64,000 nucleotides of DNA from Haplodiscus bocki (GCA_965655095.1 OZ296659.1:54684001-54748000); one strand, 5' to 3'. Counted from the first letter of the stretch, positions 27,590-40,438 are shown. Translations and numbers: made by a program. Notes: generated by a model not told the origin, from the letters alone.

Positions 27590-28530
27590 GTCACTGTTGC
27601 TCGAAGCCTTTGGGAAAAAGTACCAAGAAAAACCCTACAATATGGTCTCGTGTGTGCGACCGGGTACATTTAAAATGCAGTGGCTTGAGCAGTCCAAATG
27701 ACTATGATAAATCACCCCACTTTCGGATGAATTGGTCCGCAAAAGACACTAAACTTGTCGTCGCGAGCGCCGACTTTTCATTTTTGCATTTACAAGAAAA
27801 TTATAGCACACCCAACAATAAAGCAGCTTTTGGCTCGCAACAAGCATTGATCAAGGCTGCACCAAAAGGAACAACGTGCAAACTAGCAGACAAATTTCTA
27901 TCACAAAGCGAAACCAGCACAAAGTTTCGAGGTAGTCGAAACTAATTCTAGCGTTTAAAAGTTCAGTGCTACCGTATCAATGAAATTTCATCGGGTGATT
28001 TGGCGGACAAGCATCAGTTGGCGCGACAGAATGACGGAACAAAAATTCTGCTGGTTTTTATCGACTGTCTCAGCCGATTCCTGCGGGTAAAACCGATAGA
28101 CAGCAAGTCCGCTAGCCAAACAAAATGTGCTCTACAAAAGATAAAAAAAAACCACCCGAAAAAATCTGGGTGGACGAGGGCAAAGAATTCAAAGGTGACT
28201 TCGCTTGGTTCTGCGCGAAAAAGGACATTGTTGTTTATAACACACACAGTGAGATGAAGTTTTGCTTCGCCGAGCGCTACATAAAGACCTTGAAATCAAT
28301 TTTGTTTATATTCTTACACGAAAACAACACAAGTCGGTACATTGATCATCATCAAAGCTTTGTCAGTCTCATCAAATCCCGTCCAAACAGAACAACAAAG
28401 GCTACAAAATCCAACACACTGAAGAAGTTTTTGAAATTGCAGCAAATCCAGCACTAAACCCACCGTCCTACAACATCAAAGACAAAGGGTCAGATTATTG
28501 AGGGAAAATTTTATGAAACAAAAATAGTTT
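27590..28530 (+). pseudogene. Retroviral-like (rve) DDE integrase with N-terminal PHD-like finger
   Basis: YSTPNNKAAFGS, DLAD..QLARQNDG.KILLVFIDCLSRF, PEKIWVDEGKEF, AERYIKTLK. Upstream CHCCSK..W.RVCD..VHLKCSGL. Confidence 0.9.
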
Positions 28531-28566
28531 TGTTCCGCTAAAGTTAGGCAGCAGGCTCCTTTCATC

Positions 28567-29408
28567 ATGTCGGACACTACCACTTTTACAATCAACCTAG
28601 TTGCCAATGCTTCCATGCAGTTGTTTGAAACAAACACTATGGCTCGCTTCACTACCCTATTGCCGCAAATGATTGAACTAATCGGAGGAGATTGGGATGT
28701 TGCACTGTTGGAAGAATCATGACCAACCAAAGTCAAAAACATTACAAACGCAGCCCTTACAATCAGTCGATTCGATGATGTCACAAACAAAACAACTAGA
28801 CCAAAGCACAACCAATCAATACCAGACGGCTTCTATCCCACGATTGACAGTATCATGAAAAAAATGTTGGACGAAATATAAGTCAATCAGCGTGATCACG
28901 ACGTCAGCATTGATGCGCCGCCGCCGCAGTCCGTATCGGGGCAAGTTGACCCGGCTATAGAGAAGCTACAGATTCATTCCAGCTGCCAGAGTCCTCAAAG
29001 CCAATTTTTGCTCTTGTTCAAATCTGACGACCTAAGCAGTACATTGGGCATAACCGAAGTCATTCGCTGCACGATGGATGCCGGTGATGAAAACAAACAA
29101 GCGTCGAACCGCATAGCAGCGCAAGGTACCTAGCCAGTAGACTTACAAGGCGGTCGCCACACACTGTTTTTGTACTGTGACTTGACTCAGAATGAACCTT
29201 TGGGAGACGCTCGATACATCAACACGATCTGCTGTTTCTTCGAAAACGTTCTATAAATTGCAATCGAAGCCAATAAACAAGAAAAATTTTTGAATCGATA
29301 ACCATTACTCTGTGCGACGAGAGTAGACAGTTGATTCCTTTTGTAGGCGTCGGCCGAACTAACCTTACCCTAGCAATTCGACGCCTCAAATCATTCGCTC
29401 AACATTAA
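28567..29408 (+). pseudogene. Minor capsid protein (penton)
   Basis: MSDTTTFTINLVANASMQLFETNTMARFTTLLPQMIELIGGDWDVALLE; later LFLYCDL.QNE.LGD and ITITLCDE..QLIPFVG.GRTNLTL. Confidence 0.85.
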
Positions 29409-29485
29409 AATTTCTGAGCAGTTGCAGTGTGTGTGTTTTGCCGCTCCGCCAAGCCGCAAAAAAGGATAATTATTAGGCATTTCAA

Positions 29486-29741
29486 ATGGCTAGTACCTTT
29501 CAAGGTCCCACAAGACAGTTTGGTTCAGGCGCAAGAATCGGCGCTTTGGCTCTGCGAGTGGGGCGCACAGCAAAGCCCCTGTTGAAAAAGTATGTGGGCC
29601 CGTTTGTGAAAAGTCGGACAAAATGTGTTGGAGGCCGCTTTACCTGAAGTTGTCACTCTAATTCAAGGCAAAAAGAAGTTTAAGAGAGCCAATGAAGAGG
29701 GCACAAACAAAAACTTTGGCTAAAACTCGTGCCGCTTCAAG
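29486..29741 (+). pseudogene. Small basic putative core protein
   Basis: MASTFQGPTRQFGSGARIGALALRVGRTAKPLLKKYVGP; Gly/Arg/Lys-rich; located between penton and hexon. Confidence 0.6.
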
Positions 29742-30493
29742 CATACTCATCCAAAGCACCACAAACTGGAAAAGATATTCAACCGACTGGACGAGAAATT
29801 TTTTCCCATTGAAATTCCATTGGCTCTAAGAGAATATCGGGAGTCTTACCGGAAGCCCTTTCATGAAATAGTTCTAGAGTTTGATGTCCACTGTCAGGGA
29901 CTTGCAGATGACGGAGATGTCGTGTCTGTGTCGTCTATGTCAATAACTCTTCGTCAGTTTCTCGGTTTTGTTGTTTCTCAGACTAAACAATTTAGCGAAA
30001 CAACGTCCTTGGCACCTTGCATTCGCAAATTTATGACTGACCACAACTTGAAGCGAAAAACAATATCCAACTATCTCTGCAAACTGAAGAAGTTCATGCG
30101 TTATTTGCAGTTACATTCTAGAGACAGGTATCCTGATTTCAAAACACACCCAAGGAAAAAGATTCTGGATGAAGTTAGAGTACGGTACCGAGTCGGATCG
30201 CAGAAGAGGAGAAAAGCCAAAGAATTGTTTGAGAAGGTCCCAAGTCTTCAAGAAGTTCAAAAGCTCAATTTTCAAGTTGAAGATTTTCTCAACAAGGACC
30301 TTGAAGAGCAAGTGCTTTATTTCAAAGAACTTTCTTTATTCAATTTTTTAATTTTGTCTTTCCGTTTGAACTACAGGGCTGGACCTTTACTAAATCTGAC
30401 TTGGAGGGGCGTTGCAAAAATCAAAAAACAGGCCAGTTAGATACAGAGCAGAATAAGACAAGTCGCTATTACGACGTCACGATTGCCATAAAG
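29742..30493 (+). pseudogene. Tyrosine-recombinase fragment (core-binding domain plus start of catalytic domain)
   Basis: LKRKTISNYLCKLKKFMRYL (SAM-like core-binding helix), LILSFRLNYRAGPLLNLTW (first catalytic Arg box), then frameshifted TEQNKTSRYY (HKT-like Lys). Truncated before HxxR/Tyr. Confidence 0.72.
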
Positions 30494-31238
30494 TATTATT
30501 AACTGGGGTGACGCACCATCTCGGCCTACATAGGTCGAGCAGTGACTCTGCACCGACGTCTGGGGCCACAAGTGAGGCCCGTGATTGAAAGGGCATCGTT
30601 GCTGGTGATGAAATTCATTGTTGATTTTGTACGTTTGTCCATAGAGAAGGCACTTCTGAACGCACCGGTACATTACCTATAAAATGAAATGATGAACACA
30701 AGCTTCATCATTCAAGCCGGTCAAAACAGTTTTGCCAAGGAGAACTTATTTGGAACGGAACCAGTTAGAAGAATCACTCTTTGCATGACAGCCAACGAAC
30801 AATTCCGCGGAAAAAGCAACATGGATGCATTCCACTATCAAACATTCGGATTAGAGCGGCTAGAGATTACCCGCGGAAATGGTGTCCCAGTACCTGGCAC
30901 ACCTCTCGACACGAGGAATGGAAGAATGAGAGCCTAATACAACGCAATTTGTTCTTTGGGCTCTGCAGCTGGCTCTGGAGGAAACGGCATCAAGCTCAAA
31001 AATTTTGAGGACCATTTTGTGCTGGTGTTCGACATAACGTCTACGAGGGAGGCGTCAAAAAGCCTCACATTTTCCCCCGAGCTCACTGGAGCCAGTCTCA
31101 CATTGAAACTATCATTTGAACAAGCACTGGAAAAGACGGTTGATCTTTCTGTCATTGCCGAACGATTCAGTCAAATATTCATTGATTCGCACCGCAACAT
31201 TGCCAAACATTCACTACTTCAACAAATTTGTGCGGAGG
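30494..31238 (+). pseudogene. Major capsid protein (hexon, double jelly-roll), C-terminal half, copy 1
   Basis: IERASLLV..LSIEKAL, SFIIQAGQNSFAKENLFGTEPVRRITLCM, FHYQTFGL, HFVLVFDITST, PELTGASLTLKLSF; internal TAA at 30935. Confidence 0.85.
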
Positions 31239-31698
31239 ATGGACAATGTCACTTTGGAGCAATTAGTTCAGAGATGCAATCAATTGAGCGAACACTTGTG
31301 GAGTGTGGAGCGCCGACAACATTCCACCAATGGAACAGGGAGAATCATTTCAAAGAGTGAACACGGAAGTGAGCTGTAGCCCTGGCCGACACTGGATACT
31401 ACTTTGCACACAAAACGACTTTGCTCGACGTGCAAAAGCGGACATTGTTTTTTGGGACAAATTAGGGGAGAAACCAAAAACTTACAAAAAGCTCTACATG
31501 AGGCTACTTTGTTTCTATGACAAAATTTTTGCTTTCAACCATCTTCTTCAGGGCCGTTTCTCTAACTGCTGTGGACTATATTGCATATTGATGGCACACC
31601 ATCTACCATTCACATCGGATAACAAAAAGATTGCAAAAACATTGCCTAAGAGGATGGTTGATGAACTATCGCTGGTGCGTTCCATTATTCACCATTAG
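31239..31698 (+). pseudogene. Adenain-like (C5) maturation protease, copy 1
   Basis: WSADN, VNT....PGRHW, FWDKLG, LQGRFSNCCGLYC give the His/Asp/Gln/Cys signature. Confidence 0.88.
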
Positions 31699-32974
31699 AA
31701 GACTGATTATAACTTTGCAGCTGTATGACTAACTCAGTATTCTTGGTTTTCCACATCCTGCTACTCTACCACGCCCAACTCGGTGTCGTCGCAATTATGA
31801 AGATTAGTAGTAGTAGTGGTGGTACACTCCGGTCTGGCGCTTTTAGTTCTGTCAAAAACGCCATTTTTCGGGAAACGCCAAATATTCTCACCCCTCTCTC
31901 TGAAAAACGCCAGTAGCTTTATACATTCACATTTGTCAGCTAATTTTGTGTTTCAAGCTAGTCCGCTATGTTACCGCACTCCTCGACTGCTTTACTCGAA
32001 AGTTTGAGCTGAAAGTTATTTTCAGCTACTACTGGCTCTATTCGATAGTTATGAGGCACTTCTAGTTCAATAACGCCTGTCAAAAATTCTAAATCAGCCA
32101 TTTTATAGTTATTACTTCTCTCAGTGAGGACGAAATAGTATCTAGACTAGAAGTAAAGGACTAGAATCTGAATCAAATTCGGGATTACTATTTGAAAACT
32201 CACGGCTGCGATCATTTTTTTGGAATTAATATCTAAAGATTCTGATACTATTCGTTTTTCGATACCTGTTTTGAGAATAATATCTAAAGTCTTGGATACT
32301 TCCCCGTTTTCTGAATACCTGTTTTCGGGAAAATTTTTATTAAATCAATGTATTTCGGGGCGTCATGAACTATTAAAGAATTGCGGGTCGTCTTGAAGGT
32401 ACCAGCATTTTTTGTTGTGATATTTATTTTGATTAAAACAATGAGTACAAGGTCTAAATTAACTTGCGGTTCCTTCCCTACAGAAAACACTCCCCGTACT
32501 GCCTGTATTGAATTTGAGAAGTTTGGAATTAATCGAAAGCACAGTCACTAAAAAGTTTTGCATAGATCGAAAGAAAATTCAAAGCAAAACAAAAGAACGA
32601 GCTTCAAAAATGAAGAACGATACCGTTCCTGGTCCCTGAGTTGCTCATACGACAACCATCCTAAATTATTTGTAACAGCATAATACTCAACTTATGAACA
32701 ATCCATTTTGGACGTTTCATGGGGAAACAGGTATTCAGTCCTCATGGGGAAACAGAAAACGTCTTCATTCAGAGATAATAGAGAATTCTTTGATTATGAT
32801 TTATTAAAGATGAAAAGTCGAGAACAATGGTACAAGTGTCAACTAGGTTTCTCTGGTAGGCTCCTGTTACTTTCAAGAAAAATTCATTCTCTAGTTTTCA
32901 GGTGGCTGTTGTTTGTGTTGCGCGGAGTTGATTCCCGTTGGAATAAACCGCACGCTAGATTCTCAAAAAGGTTG

Positions 32975-33627
32975 TTATCCCGCGAAAAGCGGGATATTGC
33001 AATCACCTTCGTGTGTTTGTTTGTTAGCAGGATTTCTCATAAACTACTGGTCGGATTTTGATGAAATTTGGTGAGTAGGGAGGTAATGATCATAGGAAGA
33101 CCGAGTTCAAAGTTGGGCGTGATCCGGATTGAAATCCGGATCTGAGATCCGGATAACTGTTTCTCATGAACTACTGGTCGGATTTTGATAGTGGGAAAAT
33201 ATAGCCAGTCTTTTAGTGCAGTAGTGGTTCATACATATATACAACTTATTCCGACGATGACTTGCGCAAGGGTGGACGAGTGGTATATATGCGAGTCTCG
33301 GGAGATGAAGATTGTGGGTTCGATCCCCGGTGACAACAGATTTTTCAATTTTATATTTTGTTACTGTTCTGATCCGCGGGACAATTATAAAATTTCGTGG
33401 TCACCGGGGATTCAACCCAGAATCTTCATCTCCGGAGTCTCCCGTTTGCACCACTGCTGTACACTGCCAAGATGACTAGAGAAATTGTCGTTTTTAAATC
33501 TGTGTAAACGCAAAGACACAAAAAGGATCAGCGATCTGAAATATCAACGAATGGGTTAAGATCCAGGATATCGGAGTGTCCAAGGGCTTTCGCGGGATCT
33601 GCGCTCTCCGAGTGCCATTTTCTAGTT
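32975..33627 (+). mobile_element. Non-autonomous Helentron-type element (HINE/DINE-1-like)
   Basis: 5' subTIR ATCCCGCGAAA with hairpin, GTGTGTTTGTTTGTT microsatellite, CGGATTTTGATGAAATTTGG core, 3' subTIR TTTCGCGGGAT, GCGCTCtccGAGTGC hairpin, CTAGTTT end. Confidence 0.85.
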
Positions 33628-33864
33628 TCAATTGGAAACAAGCTGTTCGGCCTCTCCGAAATAACCGACTTTCGTTTTGATGAAAAGAAAGTGCCTCAAA
33701 GTAGGCATTTAGCCATTGGATATACCAGTTCTGTGCGTAACGGGGACAGAAATCTAATTTACAATTTTTTTTAGTGATTTGGTTCTGTTTATTGCATATT
33801 AATAATTTCTTGCAACCGATGCATTTTCAGATTTTCAATTTGTTGTGCAGTTCTCTCGGCTTCA

Positions 33865-34255
33865 ATGGAATCGAGGAGCCGGCGAAAAGTGAGTGGAATC
33901 CTCCACGACTCATATCGTCAGAATCCCTTAATTTTCCAAGATGGGGACCCCGATGACTTTATTGTCCAGGACACCGAGTTTGCTGGAAAAGGACTTTTCG
34001 CAAAGCGTTTTTTCCCGGAAAGGGGAGTATCTTTTGAACTACCGAGGTTACAGAAGGGATGACAACAATAGCGATACTGTGTACATGTTCGATGTTGGAA
34101 AACCCGAAAGCATAGTGATCGACGCAATGAGTAGACCCGATTGCATGGGGCGCTACATAAAGGATATTGACCCGTTTATTGTTCAAAATTGCCACCCGAG
34201 AAAACAAGTCAATAAAAACAAGGGGGTTCTTACTTGCTTTTTTTGCCAAGGAGAA
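33865..34255 (+). pseudogene. SET-domain (PR-Set7/KMT5A-like) methyltransferase fragment
   Basis: FAGKGLFAKRFF/KGEYLLNYRG...VYMFDVG....VIDAM....CMGRYIKD....NCHP. One frameshift; truncated where hexon copy 2 begins. Confidence 0.8.
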
Positions 34256-35313
34256 TTTGTTTGGAAAGGAACCAGTTAGAAGACTCACTCTGCATGAAAG
34301 CCAACGACGAATTCCGCGGAAAAAGCAACATGGATGCATTCCACTATCAAACATTTGGATTAGAGCGGCTAGAGATTACCCGCGGAAATGGTGTCCCAGT
34401 ACCTGGCACACCTCTCGACACGAGGAATGGAAGAATGAGAGCCTAATACAACGCAATTTGTTCTTTGGGCTCTGCAGCTGGCTCTGGAGGAAACGGCATC
34501 AAGCTCAAAAATTTTGAGGACCATTTTGTGCTGGTGTTCGACATAACGTCTACGAGGGAGGCGTCAAAAAGCCTCACATTTTCCCCCGAGCTCACTGGAG
34601 CCAGTCTCACATTGAAACTATCATTTGAACAAGCACTGGAAAAGACGGTTGATCTTTCTGTCATTGCCGAACGATTCAGTCAAATATTCATTGATTCGCA
34701 CCGCAACATTGCCAAACATTCACTACTTCAACAAATTTGTGCGGAGGATGGACAATGTCACTTTGGAGCAATTAGTTCAGAGATGCAATCAATTGAGCGA
34801 ACACTTGTGGAGTGTGGAGCGCCGACAACATTCCACCAATGGAACAGGGAGAATCATTTCAAAGAGTGAACACGGAAGTGAGCTGTAGCCCTGGCCGACA
34901 CTGGATACTACTTTGCACACAAAACGACTTTGCTCGACGTGCAAAAGCGGACATTGTTTTTTGGGACAAATTAGGGGAGAAACCAAAAACTTACAAAAAG
35001 CTCTACATGAGGCTACTTTGTTTCTATGACAAAATTTTTGCTTTCAACCATCTTCTTCAGGGCCGTTTCTCTAACTGCTGTGGACTATATTGCATATTGA
35101 TGGCACACCATCTACCATTCACATCGGATAACAAAAAGATTGCAAAAACATTGCCTAAGAGGATGGTTGATGAACTATCGCTGGTGCGTTTCATTATTCA
35201 CCATTATAAGACTGATTATAATTTTGCAGCCGTATGACTAATTCAGTATTCCTGGTTTTCCACATCCTGCTCCTCTACCACGCACAACTCGGTGTCGTCG
35301 TCATCGTGAAGAT

Positions 35314-35325
<12 letters not shown>
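34242..35325 (+). repeat. Second copy of hexon C-terminus plus adenain (34748-35237); duplicate of 30731-31815
   Basis: Near-identical ORF translations at offset ~3509, sharing the same hexon stop codon and protease frameshift. Confidence 0.95.
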
Positions 35326-35346
<21 letters not shown>

Positions 35347-35351
35347 CAGTA

Positions 35352-38300
35352 TTGTTATCGATGACAGTTTAAAGTCCTAGTAGTAGTTGGTAGCATGACA
35401 CTTTAAAGCATCAAGGACTTTAAATTGTCATTTTAAATTGGACCTGCCATTTTCAAAAATCTGAGCGGCTCTAACTACCAAATATTAACTTGGGTTGATT
35501 CAGAAAACCCGAAGACACTGTTTATAACTTTCGGAAAGCTTCTGAAAAAGGTTTTTTTAAAAGTAGTAGATGACATTTTTTGGTGACAATTTGGATTTTC
35601 TGTTGGCTGGAGGGCCAATTTGAATCGTCTCCAAACCTTTAAAATGGACTTCACACCAAGTGAGTAGCAAGTGTATCTGTCGGTCATAAGTGACAGCTGT
35701 GACAAATAAAATCACAACAAGATATCACTTTTGACCAGCTTAATGTATTTTTAAAGAGGCTCTCAGTTTGGAGATCGCATTGTGTCACCCATAACAAGCC
35801 CCCACGAAGAGAACATAGCCTCTGAAGGGTTTCGTAAATTTGTTAATGAATATACATGAATGGGATATTCCACAGGTCATTTTTCAGATAGCAGACCAGC
35901 AGTCAATCGCCCGTTTGTTCAAAAGTCACTTGATACGGTAATTGCACCATACAGAACGCGAAAAGAACAAGTGCTTCCGAAACTGTCCCATAAATATTTT
36001 ATAGAACAAATTTCAAAATCCTGCCATCCATCATGGGACAACAACTTGGACTCAATTTCAGCGTTTCCATAGTAGTTGAAGTGTTGCAAAAATATCAGAA
36101 GCACCTCGAGAAAATCCGAAAGTACAAATTGCCATTAATTAAATTCTCATGAATATTATTATATACCGTCAATGAAAACCCCGAGATGTCTCAGACATGA
36201 TTACCTCTCACATGTTATAACACTTACGAAATTTTTGGAACACTTGCAGAATAATATGTCAAATTTCGATCGAAACTTTGAAAAAACTGCCATGAAATTC
36301 CAAATAAACTCTGTGATAAAACTCTGCGTAACATGGCTTAACTGAAACGATATTTTGAGTTTTTGTATATCCCAAAACCTTTTTTTTCACCTAACTTGAA
36401 TGATCTGCGCTCCAACTCTGTTAACTCATTTAACTCTCTAAAACTGATCCAACTCTGTATAACTGGTGATATTCTATATGTAAGAAAGCTCTAAGTATTG
36501 AAGATGGGTGAAATAACAAAGTAAAAAAGTGAACTAACAAAGTTAGTTCATTCGATTATGTATTAATTATATTTTATGACTATAAACTCTATAAAATTAT
36601 AAAAAGATACGATAACTATAAAAAGAGTTTAACTATTCAGCCGCTTATATTTGAAGGCATCCATTGCGGTGTATACATGTATTTTAGCCCGTTGAATAAT
36701 TTTGCTTAATTTCTACGCGATGAATAGTCGCTTTTCTATTTGTTGGTCTGGCTATCACACTACCTCCAGTAAACGTCATTTACAAACGAGATTTAAGAAC
36801 ATCATTGCATTAATTTCTGTAATAAAAGTTGTTGAAAATATTACGGATTAAAACAAAACAAAAATTAACTCTAGTGAGGATCGAACTTGCAACCCTCTAC
36901 TTCTTAGGCCAATTTACTTTCCACCACACCACAACACCTTATCAACTTGTCCTTCATTTCTATATTTTATTACAAACAACGCTGAATAAATGCTTCAGTA
37001 TATGAGCATGTGTTTGAGAGACAAATATCGAATCTCTGCCTTTTATTTTTAAATACTCTTTGCCTCGATTGTTTGCCTTCATTTGTACGAAGTTCAATAC
37101 ACCGAAAATTAATTATGGTTTGTAAAAAAACACAAACACACACTAAGCTGATCTTGAATAAGGTGTAATTAGGGTCTTTTCCGTTTTTCCCCCCAGCGGA
37201 AACTTGAACCATACTGCTCAGCTGAGCATATCAGCTAGGGGGGGGAAATAATAATTTTGTCAGTAGGGCTGGGGGGGGGGGGAAGAAACGGAAAAGACCC
37301 GTGTAATTTACATCTAACGATGAAACACGAGCTCACAGCTAGAAACATATCAAGTCACTACCGTTGGCTCGGTTACAAAAAATATACAATCAACTTAGGT
37401 GCATATTAGGCAAATGAACTCATTTAAAGCAAAAAAAAATAGTTTTAATAAAATTTGAAATCGACAGCAAGTACAAAATGAACAAGCTAAGTCCATTTTT
37501 TATAAATGAAATGAGAAATTTATTTTTGTTCACTTGCCCACAAAACTTAATTATTTGGGAAAAATCTGGTCAACATACAATTAATGATAAAGGTCTATAT
37601 GTTCTATAATTTAATAGGAGTAAGATTTGAACACGCCATGATGCGCGCTCTGATTCGACGGAAATTCATGCTATTTTCGCGGCGTGGTTTTATAGTATGC
37701 TTGCTTGTAGACCCAAATTTTAGCTGACAGCCAATCAGATTGCGAGAAAGTGGTTGAACCGAAACGAAATCCAAACAGAACCGATTTTTTTGGAATTCAA
37801 CTTTCTATCCAGCTCGGGACTAAAACAGGGGCTAATAAAATACTGCTAATTAGCGATATTTGTGGCCTTGAGTGATAGGTGGCGAAGCGAAGCGAGCCAC
37901 TCGGCCCAGGAAGCTAGTATTTTTATAACTCCCACCTCACCATCCACTGATTGAATTTCAGAGCTAAAAATTTCACTGCGAGATTTCATATGAGAGTGAG
38001 AGATATGAACTATAGATTGCATCGTTAGAATAAAAACTAACTTATTGTTGGCTATTTTGACCAACTGAATAAATTCATCAAAAAACTGGTTATTGACGAA
38101 TTTATTCCCTTTTTAAAAATATATATATATTATGGATCAAGAATAAAGCAAAATTTGTTGCATATCAATATTAATGATTGAAACATTATCCGAAGTCGAA
38201 AGTCGACTTACAAGTTTTGTAGACATTTTGTACAATTTTGGCTGAGGTTGGCGGTAATTTACATTTTTGACCCACTGTACATGTATATGAATTTCCTGAA

Positions 38301-40438
38301 AAATTTCATTTTTTTTGGATCTTGAATTTTAATTTTAAATTTAATGCAAATTTTTTTCATAATACTCTATATTTCAAAACAACTGCGCCATTTTTAACTT
38401 TTGCTGTATTGGTCCCAAAGTCTTGAAACAAAAACGATTGTAAACTAGATAGAAATCTAAGAAACTTTTCTCTCCACCAAAAGTAACCATTTCGAATAGT
38501 TTCAGGTATTGATGTCAAAGTTGGTCAATTTATGGATCGGATCTCCTTTTTTTAAAACACTACTGTACATGTAGTGAACAAGCCATGTGTACATGTATTT
38601 AGTGTGACATGTAGTGACAGTGTAGTCACTACACAGTGTGTGAGCTGTGAACATGTAATAATTAAACAAGCTGCTTGTAGTTAAACGTAATAACAAACAC
38701 AGCTTCACTGTGAAGTGTGACTCTTTCACTAATTACACTTAATTAATAACTCACCGCTGAAAAACCAAAAATATTAATTCAATTATAAGAGTTCACAAAA
38801 TTATTTTCCCAACCTGATCTTCTGGATTGGTATTCAATACTTTGAAAATGAATCTTTCTTCCCATTACTGCTTCATTCCCATTCAATAAAAAAATACAAT
38901 AATTTGATTCAAGAGAAATTAAATCAAAACAAACTCAAACTAGCTCCCCGTCCACTTCTTCAACCCCTCACTCTTCAACTCTTCAACCCCCCACCCCCCC
39001 CCCCACTTACACAGTATTTTTGGCTTTCAAACATTACGCTGCTTATTATTCCGCTTACGCATTATGATGTGGAAGGGGGGAGGAGGAGGGCTATGGGGAG
39101 TTAATTGGTGGGGTGAGGGGGTGGGGGGCAAATTTTCAGGACTATTTACAAAATAGGTGATAAAACAGCTATGAAGGAATGAATCTTTGGACTGAAATTG
39201 CAAAATTATTAGGAGAAATTTTCCAATGTCAATATCTCTCTCAACTACCCATGCTCTGCGACACATATGAGCAGAAAACGTAAAATTATGAAATTTTTAG
39301 GAAACGAAAAAGAGTATCATCATTCAATGCTAATTCAATGCTGAAAACTGGCGCCAATTTGAAGCCAACCAAAGAGGTCAGAAAATTTGAATTTCCGGCG
39401 CGAAAATTCGAAGAAAATTTCATTATTAATAATTTTGATTGCTCGTCATTTATTCCCTTTACTCAGAAAATAATTTTTATTCACATTTCTCCGAAAAATT
39501 TTAGACATTACTCCGAGAACCTAATGAAATATTAGAAAGTTTGTTTTTTCAGACAATGGAATAATAAAAATTGAGGGTAGTTGAATCCAGACATCACCGA
39601 TTTCTGCAACCCCCATTTCTGCAACACCCCATTTGTGCAACTCGGCTCCCCCATTTCTGCAGTTCTCCGCTTTCTGCAATTCTGCAACACGCTGCCGCAT
39701 TTTCGAACCCCCCCCCCCCCACCCACACAGAGACACACACACGCACACACACATTCGCAGACCCACTTCTTCAGTCTCTTCCACCGTAATTGTTCAATAC
39801 CCACACTTGAGTGAAGAATTAACGAAAGGGGTGGGTGAATGAAGACACAAGCTAACAATGGGTGACGGAAGTGAGAAAACAATGGGGGAGTAAACCGACC
39901 GCCATTGACCTGTTTATGAATTCTCTCAGAAATTTCAGGGTTGAAGCAAACGCGCCTACTTGTAGTGATGAGGAAAAGGAAGCATGACTGCTCTTCAAAA
40001 AACTGCAAGGGGACAGGTTCCAAATCGGAAGTGGGGAAAAGACGCAAGAAGGGGGCTACCAAATAACTGCCCTGCAATATCATCACGGGTCGATTTTTTT
40101 AGATTCGCCGTTGTTTTTCTAAGATCACCGGTAAATGTTCCCGTTTCATTTTTTCCAGTAGTGTGAATCCACTGTGGGATTTTCTTTAATCTCCGAACAA
40201 ATGAGGTACCGTTTAATGGTAGAAGTTTTCCTTTTGACGTTTTTTGCCAACCAATGAACCGTGCAGACTGTCTAAAATTTTAAAATGGCTGAGCTACCAA
40301 CTCGGTAGTAACAACGAAATGACATTTTAAACCCTAATACCGGGTATTAAGTACATTTTAAAATGTCATTAATGCCAATAGTGACACTTTAAAATGTCAT
40401 GCTACCACCATATTTTCCTTTAAATTGTCATCGATAAC

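Noticed and set aside
33270-33340. Functional tRNA gene
   Set aside because: A and B boxes are present but acceptor and anticodon stems do not pair convincingly; treated as tRNA-derived.
35316-35400. 5.1-kb unit as a mini-Polinton with AGTAGT protein-priming ends
   Set aside because: GTA repeats are direct on both sides; the right end lacks the inverted ACTACT needed for a Polinton-type TIR.
39532-40086. 184-aa and 179-aa minus-strand ORFs in the 5.1-kb copies as a transposase
   Set aside because: They translate low-complexity CA, G-run and TTCTGCAA repeats and show no catalytic motifs.
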